Made by a program: the position numbers and the translations under genes. Below, piece after piece: positions 41,481-54,741 of a DNA stretch of 64,000 nucleotides. Within the stretch, counting starts at the first letter, position 1, and each line of letters begins with the position of its first letter. This DNA comes from Octopus sinensis. Its lineage: Eukaryota. Below the pieces are notes generated by a model. The model did not search any database and was not told the origin of the DNA. It was given only the letters and a program-made list of their open reading frames with translations. The stretch lies in contig NC_043004.1 in the NCBI RefSeq assembly GCF_006345805.1, forward strand, positions 42,656,001-42,720,000. Reading direction: 5' to 3'.

Positions 41481-42826
41481 TATACAAATATTTAGGGATA
41501 AATGAAGGCTCTGGTATTCAGCATGCAAGCATGAAAGAGAAAATCAGGAAGGAATGTTATAGGAGAGTTCGTGCAGTCCTGAAATCTGAACTAAATGCAC
41601 GTAACAAGGTGTTAGCTATAAATTCCTTAGCAGTTCCAGTTGTTACTTATAGCTACAATGTGTTGAACTGGAATATGAGTGAAGTAAAGAATATAGATAG
41701 AAAAATACGCAAGCTGCTGAGTTGTAATAGGATGCACCACCCAAAGGCAGACGTAGATCGCCTTTACCTTCCCAGAGCCCAAGGAGGTCGAGGCCTGATC
41801 CAATTTGAACTAGCTTACAAAACAACCACAATTGGACTGGCCAAATATATCGAAATATCGAATCACTGGATGCTAAAGCTCGTGGAAAATCACGAGAGAC
41901 GAAAGAAGCTTCATTCTATCATCAAGGAAAGCAAAAAATTTGCTATTGATCTCGTGCAGGATACCCAAACTGAACAACCCGAGGGAAGTACGGCAACTAT
42001 TGTTGCAAAGAAGGTGAAAATGATGGCAATGAAAAAAGCGCACGAGCTATTGACTGATAGGTGGGAGGAGAAACCTATGCACGGCAAATATGTGACCCGC
42101 AGCAAACAAGCTGATGTTGACCAGAAGCAAACCCATCAGTGGCTGCGGAGCTCAGGGCTAAAAGCAGAGAGCGAAGGTTTCATCCTGGCTGCTCAAGACC
42201 AAAGCCTATTAACCCGGAACTACCAGGCCAATGTGATGAAAAATGGAGCATACCCAAAATGCCGATTCTGCAACGACATGATTGAAACAGTGGACCACCT
42301 AATCTCTGGATGTAAAGTCTTAGCACCAGTGGAGTATAACTTAAGACATGACAGAGTTGGCCAATATCTCCACTGGCTAATAAGTCGGCATTACAATATC
42401 AAAACTGCCTACAAGTGGTATAATCACCACCCTGAGGCTGTAACTGAAGGAGAAAATGTAACCATTCTGTGGGACTTTCGAGTACATACAGACCGAACCA
42501 TCAAGGCCAATAAACCAGATATTGTTGTGAAAGACCAAAACAATAAAGTTTGCTTATTGATCGACATGAGCATCCCCTGTGATCATAATATCTCAGCGAA
42601 AGAGTTTGACAAGCTCAGAAAATATAAAGACCTACTCATTGAAATTGAGAAAATGTGGCATCTCAAGGCGGTTACAATACCAGTGATCGTAGGAGCACTA
42701 GGAATGTTCAAGAAGGGAACCGAAAATTATATGAGAATGATCCCTGGCTTACCATCCCTGCAAGAAGTGCAAAAGATTGTCTTAACTGGTACATCACACG
42801 TATTGAGAAGAGCATTGTCGATGTGA
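41477..42826 (+). CDS. Uninterrupted C-terminal 449 aa of an R4/Dong-like polyprotein (RT end, CCHC finger, restriction-like endonuclease)
   Basis: YKYLG, RLYLPRAQGGRGL, CRFCNDMIETVDHLISGC, RHD, KPDIVVKD...LIDMSIPCD..K...K..Y; no stop codons. No start of its own. Confidence 0.85.
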
Positions 42827-43004
42827 GAACTGTTGCTGCTCATGTATTTTAATTTAACTTTAAAAAATAAAAAATAAAAAAAATGAACGAACTACTGAGT
42901 TTGGTTTAATGGCCTACCGATATTCACTATGAGTTTCTTTGCCCTAGGAGTCGGGAAGACACTCGGCAAGAAATGGAAGAAAATTTGAAAGAAGAAAAAA
43001 AAAG
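41477..43004 (+). mobile_element. 5'-truncated R4/Dong-like LINE (subfamily C)
   Basis: Starts at the end of an AAT tract and contains the ORF end, an approximately 180-nt 3' UTR and an (AAT)n tail. Confidence 0.9.
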
Positions 43005-43027
43005 TAATAATAATAATAATAATAATA

Positions 43028-43072
<45 letters not shown>

Positions 43073-43097
43073 GTAGAAGAAGAAGAAGAAGAAGAAA

Positions 43098-44983
43098 AAT
43101 AATAGCCATGATTAGGTTAGCACCAATAATTATAAAATACATAAGGCACTCTATGAATAAATGGCAGACAATGCTACAGCTCCAAACGAAAGAGGGACCC
43201 GTGAAAACCAAATCTATCCCCATTAGAACATGAATATTCCAGGGAGACACGCTCTCTGCACTCCTTTTCTGCTTCGCACTGACACATTTATCTGGCATGC
43301 TAAATAGAACTGGATGTGGATACAAATGTTACAGCAAAACAATCAGTCACCTTTTATATATGGATGACCAAAAAACTATACGCTACAAATAATTAACAGC
43401 TGGAAACACTACTACAGACAGTACCTGGTTTTACCAAAGAAATAGATATGAAATTTTGATTAGAAACGTGCCAAAGCAACATTGAAATGTGGAAAACTAG
43501 TTAAAAGTTTTAACGTCAGACTAGATAAGGCCAATGAAATAAGAGAATTAGACCAAAGTCGAACATACAAATATTTAGGAATCAATGAACTAGATATGCT
43601 ATTACACACACACATGAAAGAAAAATAAAGAAAGAATACTATAGTCAAGTAATATCAGAGCTCAATGATAAAAACAAGATAATAAGAATTAACACTTTAG
43701 CCGTCTCAGTTATAAGTAACAGCTACAATAACTTAACTGGACACTAAATGAACTAACCAAAATAGACAGGAAAAGAGGAAAAATAATGACAGGATCTAGA
43801 AAGGATGCGCCACCCAAAATCAGACATACAAAAACTATATATATAACGTATAGAAGGTGGTAGAGGCTTTATACAGCTGGAAAACTGTTATAAAATAACT
43901 ACCATAGGACTTCAAAACTACCTACTTCAGATGCAAGGAAAACTAATATAAATAGCCACAAAACTCGAGGAAAACAAAAAAAAGTGTTTTCAGTATTCAA
44001 AGAAGCTGACAAATAGAAACAAAAAAGAAAACATACTACCTAACAAATATGAAGAAGAAGAAACAACAAAAGCTATAAAACAAATGAAATCCAAATTAAA
44101 ACTAGAACAGCAACGGTCCATGATAGAACGATCGCAAGAAAAACCCTTTCATGGCAAATACTGGGCTAAACTAAATGCAAAAGCAATAGACGGAGAAAAA
44201 TCCTAGCAATTGTCGAGAAGCTCAGGAGTCAAAGCAGAGACTGAAGGATTTTTAATTGCAGCACAAGACCAAAGCCTCCCCACCATAAATTACAAAACAT
44301 ATAATGAAAAGAAACATAGCAACTAACAGCAGAATATGTGGAGATGGGCAAGAAACAATAAATCATATTTCTCTGGTTGCCCAGACCTGGCTAAGAAGAT
44401 ATATATTCACAGACACGACAGAGTTGGAACCTACATATACTGGAAGCTATGCCAACACTATGGAATAACAACAGATAAAAGATGGTATAGGCACACGCCA
44501 GCAAATGTCACAGAAAATGAGAAAGCAACCATACACTGGGATATGCCAATACACGCAGATAGAGAAATTAAATCCAGGCATCATGAAATTAAAGTCAGAC
44601 ATGAAGAAAAAATGCTTTCTGATTGACGTATCAATACCAGCAGAAGTAAACGTTTCTCTAAAAGAAATGGAGATACTTTCAAAATACAAAGACCTGGAAA
44701 TAGAGGTAAGCCGAATGTGGAATCGAAAAACAGAATTCCTATCATTGTAGGTGCATTAGGTATGATAAAAATATGCAGACAAAAACATAACAAAAACATC
44801 AGGACTTACAAGTATATATAAAATACAGAAAATTGCACTACTGGACACTGCACACATCCTACAGAAAAACGCTTTTAATACAGTAACCATAAGAGCATCA
44901 CAACGAATCACAGCACATACTCAAGGCACACAGAACTGCGCTCAGTAGTGAAGTGAAAGCACGCTATAAAAATTAAACTACTG
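43098..44983 (+). mobile_element. 5'-truncated, decayed R4/Dong-like LINE (subfamily D)
   Basis: IFQGDTLSALLFC, ISHLLYMDD, YKYLGI, RHD and LIDVSIP, with stops and frameshifts; ends in (AAT)n. Confidence 0.9.
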
Positions 44984-44998
44984 AATAATAGTAATAAC

Positions 44999-45080
<82 letters not shown>

Positions 45081-45634
45081 GCCCTGATGCTGTACCAGGC
45101 AGTGGCTCTCATGCCTTCTGATCTTAACTTATTGGAAGTGTTATCATGTACATTGTTTTGTCTTGGTATAAAAGATGGGCTACAGCAAATATTCTGCTCA
45201 ATACCACATATTTGCTTGTCAGTAGTTTGACCTTAAGCAGTTGAGCATGTCTCTTAATGGCTGACGATATGTGCATCTCTGATCATGAGCAGAAGTAGTG
45301 GGGGAGCATCATAGCCATGTGTTGAGAGGGATTCTTTGGGGTTTGAATAATTCACCTCTGTAAACATGGGTGGTTCTTTCAACATCCTTAAACAACCCTT
45401 ATTCAAGGACCTTTTGAGCGGGATGGGTTACTCAACCTGAAGAAAATTCTAACTGGGCCCCACCTGCAAGGTCATGTGCTGTTTATCTTGATATGAGATC
45501 ACCATGTCGCGCACATATGGTTGTGATGCATGTGCCTGGTGTATCCTTATCAGACGGGTAGTCATGATGGGTATATTGGGCTTCGTATATTTTACCCCAG
45601 TGTCACTTTAATGGCATGAACTGATCTCTCACTC
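45081..45634 (+). mobile_element. About 550-bp non-coding (AAT)n-embedded element, copy 2
   Basis: Homologous end to end with 40567-41104. Confidence 0.8.
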
Positions 45635-46237
45635 AATAATAATAATAATAATAAGCTTCATTCAAAAACAAATCTAATAACATCGATGGAATGGGATAAA
45701 GGAGCCAGTGGAAGACTTGAAGGAAGCGGTCTTTTAACGAAAATAATTAGAAAAACGAAATGTTACTGCCATACAAAACACAGTTTTTCCTTTGCACAAA
45801 ATCTCACTGAAACATGTGCGAAACAGACACGTGAAATCAACACCGGAATGTTTACTAATTATAAAATATAAACGCAACAAAATAGTAAGTATATAAAGTG
45901 AGTTATTAAGCATACACTCGAATGTCCGTACAATGGTATATACATCTTAATACCCATAAGACTACATATACATCCCAATGTTTACACAATGACGTGAAAT
46001 TTACAGGACAGACATACACGCATATGAACCCACGTTCACAAACGAAGCAAAAACATAAAATCAAAACAAAACGAAACAACGTTTTATTTTTCGAACTAAC
46101 GTAGAGAGAGTTTAAAGACCCCACAAAATACTATGCCCGGAGAAATATCTATACAAAAAAATACAGACGAATACAGATCTGTTAGCGTTAAAGAGCTACG
46201 TTGCTAGCAATATTTACATGCAGAGAATTCGGAGGCG

Positions 46238-47410
46238 GTGTTGTCTCAAAATATTAACCTTAAACAGACAGATCACTCCCCTAATGCCAACGTCCAAGCT
46301 CGCCATACCTCAATGATAACAAAACAAAATAGAAACCGTGTTGGTCGTCACCCGCGACACCGAGGAATGAGTAGTCGAATGACGGACCAGATTAGATACG
46401 AAAATATCGGCTACTGGTCCGAGCTGGATTTACCCCACAACTGCAATGTTACAATGATCTGTGGGAAATAATAAAGAAGTTCTTACTGTCTTCTATCATG
46501 TCGTTTATTTCCCGACAAGTAAATCTAATATTGTAGAAAGCTACTTCAACTGGATACAGAAACACCTTGAAGTAAGACTACGCAAACAGTAATAAACTTG
46601 CCAGTGTCAGAAGAAGCATTATGAAAAAGAAAAGGAACGAAGTTGCAGCTCAAGAAGGTACTACAGAGGAAATAATTATAGACAAGCCCTAGGACGATGA
46701 GAATGCAATAAGGATTGAAAGAGTTTATGTAACTTGTATGCAAATGAAATACTCTCTGAACCAACCATAAACACTAGCGCAGATAACAATCAAATAGATG
46801 AAAAAAATCAAAGAGAAATTAACTCAACAGAAAAATATGATCTAAAATCTCAAATCATAATTGAATGGTTGAAAATTAAAGAAACCTGCACTCTCGCAAA
46901 AATTCGCAATTCTAACTTTTACCTGAAAATAATCGGTAAAATCCGCCATGCACTTCAGGTAATAATTTCAGCTAATGATGTTGATATTGCAGATCTCAAC
47001 CACCTGTTCATCAGCGAAAATCTCAACGATTCTATGTCGTGAAACGATTAGAAAACGACAACATTCTCACAAAACCCTACTTTGCAGGAATCTATTGGAA
47101 ACGAAATTCAGCTACTCATGTGTGACATAGAATCTTATAAAAAGCTTAAGTTTGACAAGACCATCAAACCAACAAAATCCGAAAATTAAAGGAAAAATAT
47201 AATATAAAAACCATATTTGACATCGATACTACTAGAGAAACCATCAAGCAAAAGGTATGCGCCAAAGTTCCCGCATAGCAAGGTATCTAAAGCGCGTTAA
47301 ATGTTTCAAGGACAACATGTTAAAAAAATAACCCCCCAAAATTTTTACAAGAAGATAGAGAAAATACCAGTTGCAGGAATTTTGGAATAAAATTTGGGAA
47401 GAAGAAGAAA
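46238..47410 (+). pseudogene. N-terminal (pre-RT) region of an R4/Dong-like LINE ORF
   Basis: NKEVLTVFYH...NKLASVRRSI; RIARYLKRVKCFKDN...; QEFWNKIW. These match R4-type N-terminal motifs as I recall them; frameshifted. Confidence 0.6.
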
Positions 47411-47418
47411 CAATAATA

Positions 47419-47456
<38 letters not shown>

Positions 47457-47457
47457 C

Positions 47458-47520
<63 letters not shown>

Positions 47521-47748
47521 CAAAAGATTGTCTTAACTGGTACATCACACGTATTGAGAAGAGCATTGTCGATGTGAGAACTGTTGCTGCTCATGTATTT
47601 TAATTTAACTTTAACAAAAAAAAAAAAAATGAACGAACTACTGAGTTTGGTTTAATGGCCTACCAATGTATGCTATGAGTTTCTTTGCCCTAGGAGTCGG
47701 GAAGACACTCGGAAAGAAATGGAAGCAAATTTGAAAGAAGAAAAAAAA

Positions 47749-47749
<1 letters not shown>
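47521..47749 (+). mobile_element. 3' tip of subfamily C LINE
   Basis: Highly similar to 42770-43004 (QKIVLTGTSHVLRRALSM-stop plus UTR). Confidence 0.9.
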
Positions 47750-47806
<57 letters not shown>

Positions 47807-47854
47807 GAAGAAGAAGAAGAAGGAAGAAGAAGAAGAAGGAAAAGAAGAAGAAGA

Positions 47855-48082
47855 ATTGATGTCGCAGTGCCAGGAGATCAACACATCATCATGAAAGAAA
47901 AAAAAAATTTGAAAACTTAGAAATACCCTACTATCTTAGGTTTATTGCAAAAGTCGGCATTTCTTGGAACTGCACACATCTCTGAAGTCTTAGTTGCGAC
48001 TTGACAAAGTGTACAAACACCCGGTAGACACATTATCTTCAATCAGCAATCTCACAATATTGTATACTGTGCGATGTCTATA
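47855..48082 (+). mobile_element. Internally deleted 3' end of an RLE LINE (subfamily E)
   Basis: IDVAVPGDQHIIMKE...LQKSAFLGTAHI, followed by UTR and AAT. Confidence 0.65.
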
Positions 48083-48189
48083 AAAATAATGATAATAATA
48101 ATACCAACAACGATATTATTATTATTATTGTTATTATTAATATTAATAATAATAATAACAACAAAAACAACAACAACAACAACAACAAC

Positions 48190-48250
<61 letters not shown>

Positions 48251-48251
<1 letters not shown>

Positions 48252-48433
48252 TCTGATGCACTACAAGGCAGTAGCTGTATTAGCTTCTGATCTTAACTGA
48301 TTGCAAGTGTTATCACATTGTCGCGCACGTATGATTGTGATGCATGTGGTTTGTGAACCCTTATCAGACGAGTAGTCATGATGTGTAAACTGGGCTTCGT
48401 GTTACTTTGATGTCATGCACTGGTCTCTCTCTC
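48251..48433 (+). mobile_element. Internally deleted copy 3 of the (AAT)n-embedded element
   Basis: Keeps both termini; joins gtgttatca to the gtcgcgcac segment. Confidence 0.7.
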
Positions 48434-48518
48434 AATAATAATGATAATAATTATAGTAATAATAATAATATTAATAATAATAATAATGATGATGGTGATG
48501 TTAATAATAATAATAATA

Positions 48519-48566
<48 letters not shown>

Positions 48567-48626
48567 TGACGATGATGATGATGATGATGATGATGATTAT
48601 GATGATGATGATGATGATGATGATTG
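48434..48626. repeat. (AAT)/(GAT) tract
   Basis: Visible runs. Confidence 0.9.
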
Positions 48627-49606
48627 TGATGTTTACTTTCAAGCCGTAATGCTTTTATTGTCGGTAATGGAACGAAGCAGTTCTCACATCTCTTTAACGT
48701 ATAGCTCATACTTCATTTGTGTTGAGAGTTACTGAATTGGAGGAAACCTTATAAACTCTCATTTTAGCACATATATTTTGTTACCTACACTACAATATAC
48801 TAACTACAGAAGCCAACGCACTACCATTACCTATTTTCATGATTTTGTTCGCCATATATATCTATAAATGAAAGAGTGCTCCCAGTGTAAACTACAAGCA
48901 TAATTTAGCTTTTCATCAAATGTGTATTGGAAAAATCCTCAAAGCCATTGATACTTTGCATTTTTTAAGATGGGGACAAGTTTTCTTTGATTCAAAGAAT
49001 TACATTATAAAAATCATGTTATACCAATGGGCTTGTATTGTGAAGGGTTTATATGGTTACTACGCGTTTTAGAAAAATCTTCCAAATATCGTTCATTATA
49101 GGAGGTCTAAAGCTGAAAGAGAAATTAGTGAGCTCTGGTGATCACTTTAGGACAACAATAAGGAATGGTCACGATTGAAATGATTTTGACGGTAACTACT
49201 TTCAGTTAGGGATTTTGCATTACTTTAACCATTACATAATTTAACTTTTACATACATGTTGAATGAGGGAATTCATAGCGCAACAAGCATAAAATCATTT
49301 GACATATTTACACGTTATTTCTGTTCAGGTTATTTCATTTTATTCTTCATCGTTTTCAGCACGAAAAATATCTCTAAATCATGCTGTTACGAAATGGATT
49401 ATAGCTGGATGTGGGCTTGTGCAAAAAAAAAAATATATATTTGCAGAAAAGAGTAAACCATTAAGTAAAGACGACATTTACGTCACTTTACAGATTCAGT
49501 TCAAAATTGTCATGAAACCGCAGTCAAGAGCTGGGAGGTATGTACCATGTTAACACACACAGACACAAACACACACGTGCGTATATATGCTTGTAACTAT
49601 ATATAA

Positions 49607-49997
49607 ATTCTTTTCTACACTAGGCACAAGGACCGAAATTTTGGGGGAAGGGTCCAGTCGATTAGATCGACCCCAGTACGCAACTTGTGCTTAATTTATC
49701 GACCTCGAAAGGATGAAAGATAAGGTCGACCTCGGCGGAATTTGAACTCAGAACATAAAGACAGACGAAATAGCTATTTCTTTACTACCCACAAGGAGCT
49801 ACAACAAGGACAGACAAACGGATTAAGTCGTCAATTATATAGACTCCAGTGCGTAACTTGTACGTATATAATCGACCCCGAAAGGATGAAAGGCAAAGTC
49901 GACCTCGGCAGAATTTGAACTCAGAACGTAGCGGCAGACGAAATAGCGGTAAGCATTTCGCTCGGAGTGCTAAACGTTACTGCCAGCTCCCCGCCTT
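49607..49997 (-). mobile_element. Dimeric SINE family B
   Basis: Two gtcgacctcggc.gaatttgaactcagaac units; the head is present only on the 5' unit. Confidence 0.85.
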
Positions 49998-50734
49998 AAT
50001 ATAAGTACATATTTAAATACATATGTACGTAGGTGTGTAAACGCATATCTATGTAAATGTATGTATATATGTCTATATATGACACAATCACTAGCTTGCG
50101 GATGAGTACATATCGGCATTGAATCTGTCTATACGTTCTGAGTTCAAAGTCCACGGTATCAAGTTTGCCTTTCATCCTTTCAGATTTTTATGAAATAATT
50201 ATGGATGAAATATATAGAGAGATATCGTATGAAAGAGAAATCGGAGCTTCAAGATTGTTTTAATATTAAAATTTGACTCGGATAATGGAGATGATATACT
50301 GGATTTTATATTAGGCGGCAGTTTTACCAACGTAGAATAGAATATCTTTCGAATCGTACGAGGTGAAACATATATTAATTCACGTCAATAAGTTGTAAAT
50401 GACTAATTAAATCCTCACTAAATGAAAAATCAAATAAACGTAATTAAATTCATTAAGACAAGACATTTTCAAAAACTTTCTTCAATGGCATATAATATTA
50501 AAAAAGTTAATTAAATTTCTTTATATTCATTATTTTTATTAAACAGAAAATAATTAATTGCACAACGAATTGATTCGATAAGGATTTATGAAAACAAGTC
50601 AATTCTTTGAAATTCTATCAGTTTTTTTCATTTCATTTGTCTAGGGTTCATATAATACATGCATAAAATCATGTATCTATAACGATGCACACACACACGC
50701 ACACACACACACGCACACACACGCACATACAACA

Positions 50735-51153
50735 CAATTGCTGAGGCAATATTTTGGAGGAAGAATCATCTCTCGCTACTCCAGTGTTAACTAGCCATCG
50801 CGTTCCCCAGACTTGACTAGACCTGACTTCTGGGAGTAGCTTAAAAAGAAGGTTTATATCAACAAACCAGAAATCCTGGAGCAATTGAGGGAGAATATCA
50901 CTAGAGAAATAAGGGAACTGGACACTTAAAACTTTACAGCTGTCATAGAACATATTTTGTAAAGTGCATCGATGTGTTAAGCTGAAAATGGATGTCATTT
51001 ATCATAGGTAATGCAGAGGTGTCATAAAAAAAAAGACAGATGCAAATTAATCTACATCATTTCCTCTATATTGAATTAAAATTTCATATACCTATTTGTA
51101 AAGTAAAGGAATTATCAAAAATTAAAACCCTCAATGAGATTTGGGCCATCCTA
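50735..51153 (+). mobile_element. 3' end of a rosa/DD41D-like Tc1/mariner element
   Basis: YFGGRIISR...PSRSPDLTRPDFW..LKKKVYINKP. A probable right TIR (tttgggccatccta) precedes (TA)n. D-D spacing cannot be measured. Confidence 0.65.
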
Positions 51154-51203
51154 TATATATATATAGATATATATATTTATATGGGGAGAGGTGTATGTAT
51201 ATA

Positions 51204-51299
<96 letters not shown>

Positions 51300-51375
51300 T
51301 ATATATATTTGCATATACGTGTGTATGTGTGTTTGTGTGTATACATGTACTTTTTGTCCTCTAGTTAAGAATAAT

Positions 51376-51505
51376 CTTTTTTATTCAAGGCGCAAGACCA
51401 GAGATTTCTGGGGAGGGGCTCAGTCGATTAGATCAATCCAGTACGCAACTGCTACTTAATTTATCGACTCTGAAACGGTGAAAGTCAAAGGCGACCTCGG
51501 CTGAT
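51376..51505 (-). mobile_element. SINE family B fragment
   Basis: cagtcgattagatcaatccagtacgcaact...gacctcggc. Confidence 0.7.
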
Positions 51506-51830
51506 CACTGTAAGAGTAATAATACGCAATCTTTCTACTCTTTCAACGGTGACACTGCGTTCGAAATATTCCTTTCTTGTGTATGTATCGTACGGGACAC
51601 ATTCGACGCTTATGTACATACATGGTTGTTATATATATACGTATAGATACATACAACACACACACACACACATGCACATATGCACACAAACACACACACA
51701 CACAACCACTCACACACACACACACACATGTATATATGTATATATGTGTTTATGTTTTTTTGTGTATGTGTTATTTATATTCATATATGTATACACAAGC
51801 ACAGATACATCCATCCATCCATAGATTCAT

Positions 51831-51975
51831 ACATACTTACATACATACATACATACATACATATATACATACATACATATATACATACATACACACACAC
51901 ATACATACATACATACATACATACATACATACATACATACATGCATACACACACATACATACATACATACATACA

Positions 51976-52009
<34 letters not shown>

Positions 52010-52024
52010 CATACATACATACAT
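51831..52024. repeat. (CATA)n
   Basis: Visible run. Confidence 0.95.
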
Positions 52025-52993
52025 ATGCCTGTTTGCAGTTTGTCTTTACGTTTATGTGAAGAAAACAAATAAATCCGTTTTCTGAAGCTTATTCTTCTTA
52101 ACTTTATTTAAATTATAATTTATACGATTTTGTACTGAGAGCTTGTTTTTATGGAAATATAGGAGATAAATAAAATTCACGGAGTTTTTAGAACGGAATT
52201 TTATTTATGGAAAAGAAAACTTTTCACACAAATATCTATGTATACATAGACAAACATACAGTCACGCACGCACGCACACACACACACGCACACACACACA
52301 CACATTTACAGACATGTATGCACGTATATATGTATGCATCTATATATGTATGATGGATGTATTAATATTTTTGTACAGAAAAAACAACGTATAGCTGTTG
52401 GCAAGGCTAAGTAATATATACTAAGATTAGTAGTAAGGTGCATGGTTTCTTCGTTACTATTTTTCCAGCTTAAATTATTTTTGTGCGTATACGTTGCTTA
52501 TGTACATTATTTTTATTACCTATTGTTTTTAAAACATACTCGCCACAATCCAATAAAGTAATATAGATACAATATAAATCTAACTGTAAAAACTGTGAAA
52601 ATCAATTCTTGTAAGCACAAATATAGAAAAACATATAGTTTTATTAGCGAGGTCGAGAAATATATGTTTGAATAAATAAAACGGACAGAAAATACATATA
52701 TCTCAATTTTGAAGGCAAGAGAAATGCGGAACAGACATGTTCTCCGTTTGTTATAAATCTCAGATGCAACGTATCAAAATAATGAACACGTTTCATGCTA
52801 CACATTGAAACGCAAGTACTTGTAAATACAGACACCCAAAGATATACACTTATGGGGTTGTGTATCTAGGGGTTTGTGTATGTGCTTATATATTTCTCGG
52901 AGTGTTGGCCGATAATTCACGCTAAACTACTCCGTAGACGTGAACATATACTATATATGTATTATACGCGTGTGAATACACAAGGGTTATGTC

Positions 52994-53045
52994 TATCTAT
53001 CTGTCTATCTATCTATCTATCTAAATATTTATCTATCTATCTATC

Positions 53046-53139
<94 letters not shown>

Positions 53140-53172
53140 ACTAACTATTTATCTAACTAACTATCTATCTAT
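52994..53172. repeat. (TATC)n
   Basis: Visible run. Confidence 0.95.
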
Positions 53173-53539
53173 GTATATATATATATCCAATTTCTTTGTG
53201 CGTCTGTCTGTCGGTCTTTCTCTCTCTCTCTCTCCCTCTTTCTCTCTCTCTCTCTCTTTATATATATATACACACATATATATATACATATATACTATTT
53301 TCGTAAGCTGAAGATTTTCGGCTTTAAGAAAACAGTATTAGTATTTTTGTATTCGAGTATTAATACATTCGAACTGGAGCGCTTTTTTTCAATTATTTCC
53401 ACGTTACTTCGCACCTACATGCTTACATGCGTGTCTGTGTCAGCATGTATATATAGGAAATGGTATAGAATAAGATTTGTTCTCTGTAGTACGCCAACAA
53501 ATGGTAGCATAATGTTATATGAGCAGTGAAACAATAGCA

Positions 53540-54186
53540 GTTTCCATCATGAGACAGTTTGCCACGTGACATTCTCAAGCTGTTAAATTTGGTTTGTGAC
53601 AACCTGTACGTCGTAGTCTGCGATTTCCTAATGGACAGCAAGTTGGGTTAAAGAGCCAACGTGAATTTTTGCGCTAAAGTTGGAAGTCTTCTACAGAGAC
53701 TCTGAGCAATGGGTTCTATACAACATTTCGAGTGGCACGAACATTTGAAAAGCGGAAGAACGTTCATAGAAGACGATGAGTGATCTCGAAGACCTGCCGG
53801 GAGCGTCACATACGGAAACGTAGATACTATTCATTAGCTTTAGAATGACGATCGTCGGAAGAGAATTGACGATATATCTCATGTGTCCAAGATCGACAGA
53901 GCCGCAGGTCATTCAAGTGAATGCTCATCCTTTTTTCAACAACTTCACTAGTGTGCACCAAGAATTCGTTCCCCAACTCTCCTCACACGTGTATTTCTCG
54001 CCAAGAACAACATGGAACGCTTTTGCATCCACCATCTTCGTCCGATTTAGCACCTGCGGATTTCCATTTCTTACCCAAGATATGGGGCTCATAGTTCGTT
54101 GTTTTAACACCGTTGTAGAGATCAAGAAGGAATCGTAAAAAAAAATCCTTGACTTGCTGAAAGAAAATGACTTACAGACCTGATTC
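53540..54186 (+). mobile_element. Internally deleted mariner (irritans/mellifera-like), 5' part
   Basis: MDSKLG*RANVNFCAKVG, FEWHEHLKSGR..EDD, FLAKN, frameshifted PSSDLAPA (YSPDLAP-like), RCFNTVVEIK. Confidence 0.7.
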
Positions 54187-54741
54187 TGATTTTGTATTAC
54201 CCACAAGGGGCTATACACAGAATGAGACAATACAAACAAACAAGACAAACATAAACTCGGGCAACTTAAAATAAAAAAAAGATGAATTAAGACGAAAAAG
54301 TTAAAGAAAACAAATGAAATTATGAAAAGATAGAAATGAGGCACAATGCCCACTCAACCGACGAAGTCGAGTAATTATATTTCGACAATATTTTTTCTTC
54401 TCCATAAATGAATTTCACAAAAATTACAACATAACTTTTCTTTTAAGTCTCTCATAGTCCATTATGGTAGGTGGGCTTTCATATAGCCGACATCATTTCA
54501 CCAGTTTTATGTTTTTTGCGAAGCCGTCCATGAAATATGTCGTAACTCTCCCAGGTACAAAAATACCGCCATCAGTTGAGTCAAAAAGTTCTCCCGACAG
54601 CCTTGCTTTTAGCAGTTCCTTCATTTTCGCTATTCTTCTCTCTGTGTTCGAACTTTTTAGTATGTTATAAATGCCCCCTTAATTTTATGCGGTTCGTTAT
54701 TTGTTTCTTCCTCTTGCCTTTTCTTAGTTTAAAATTTCTCC

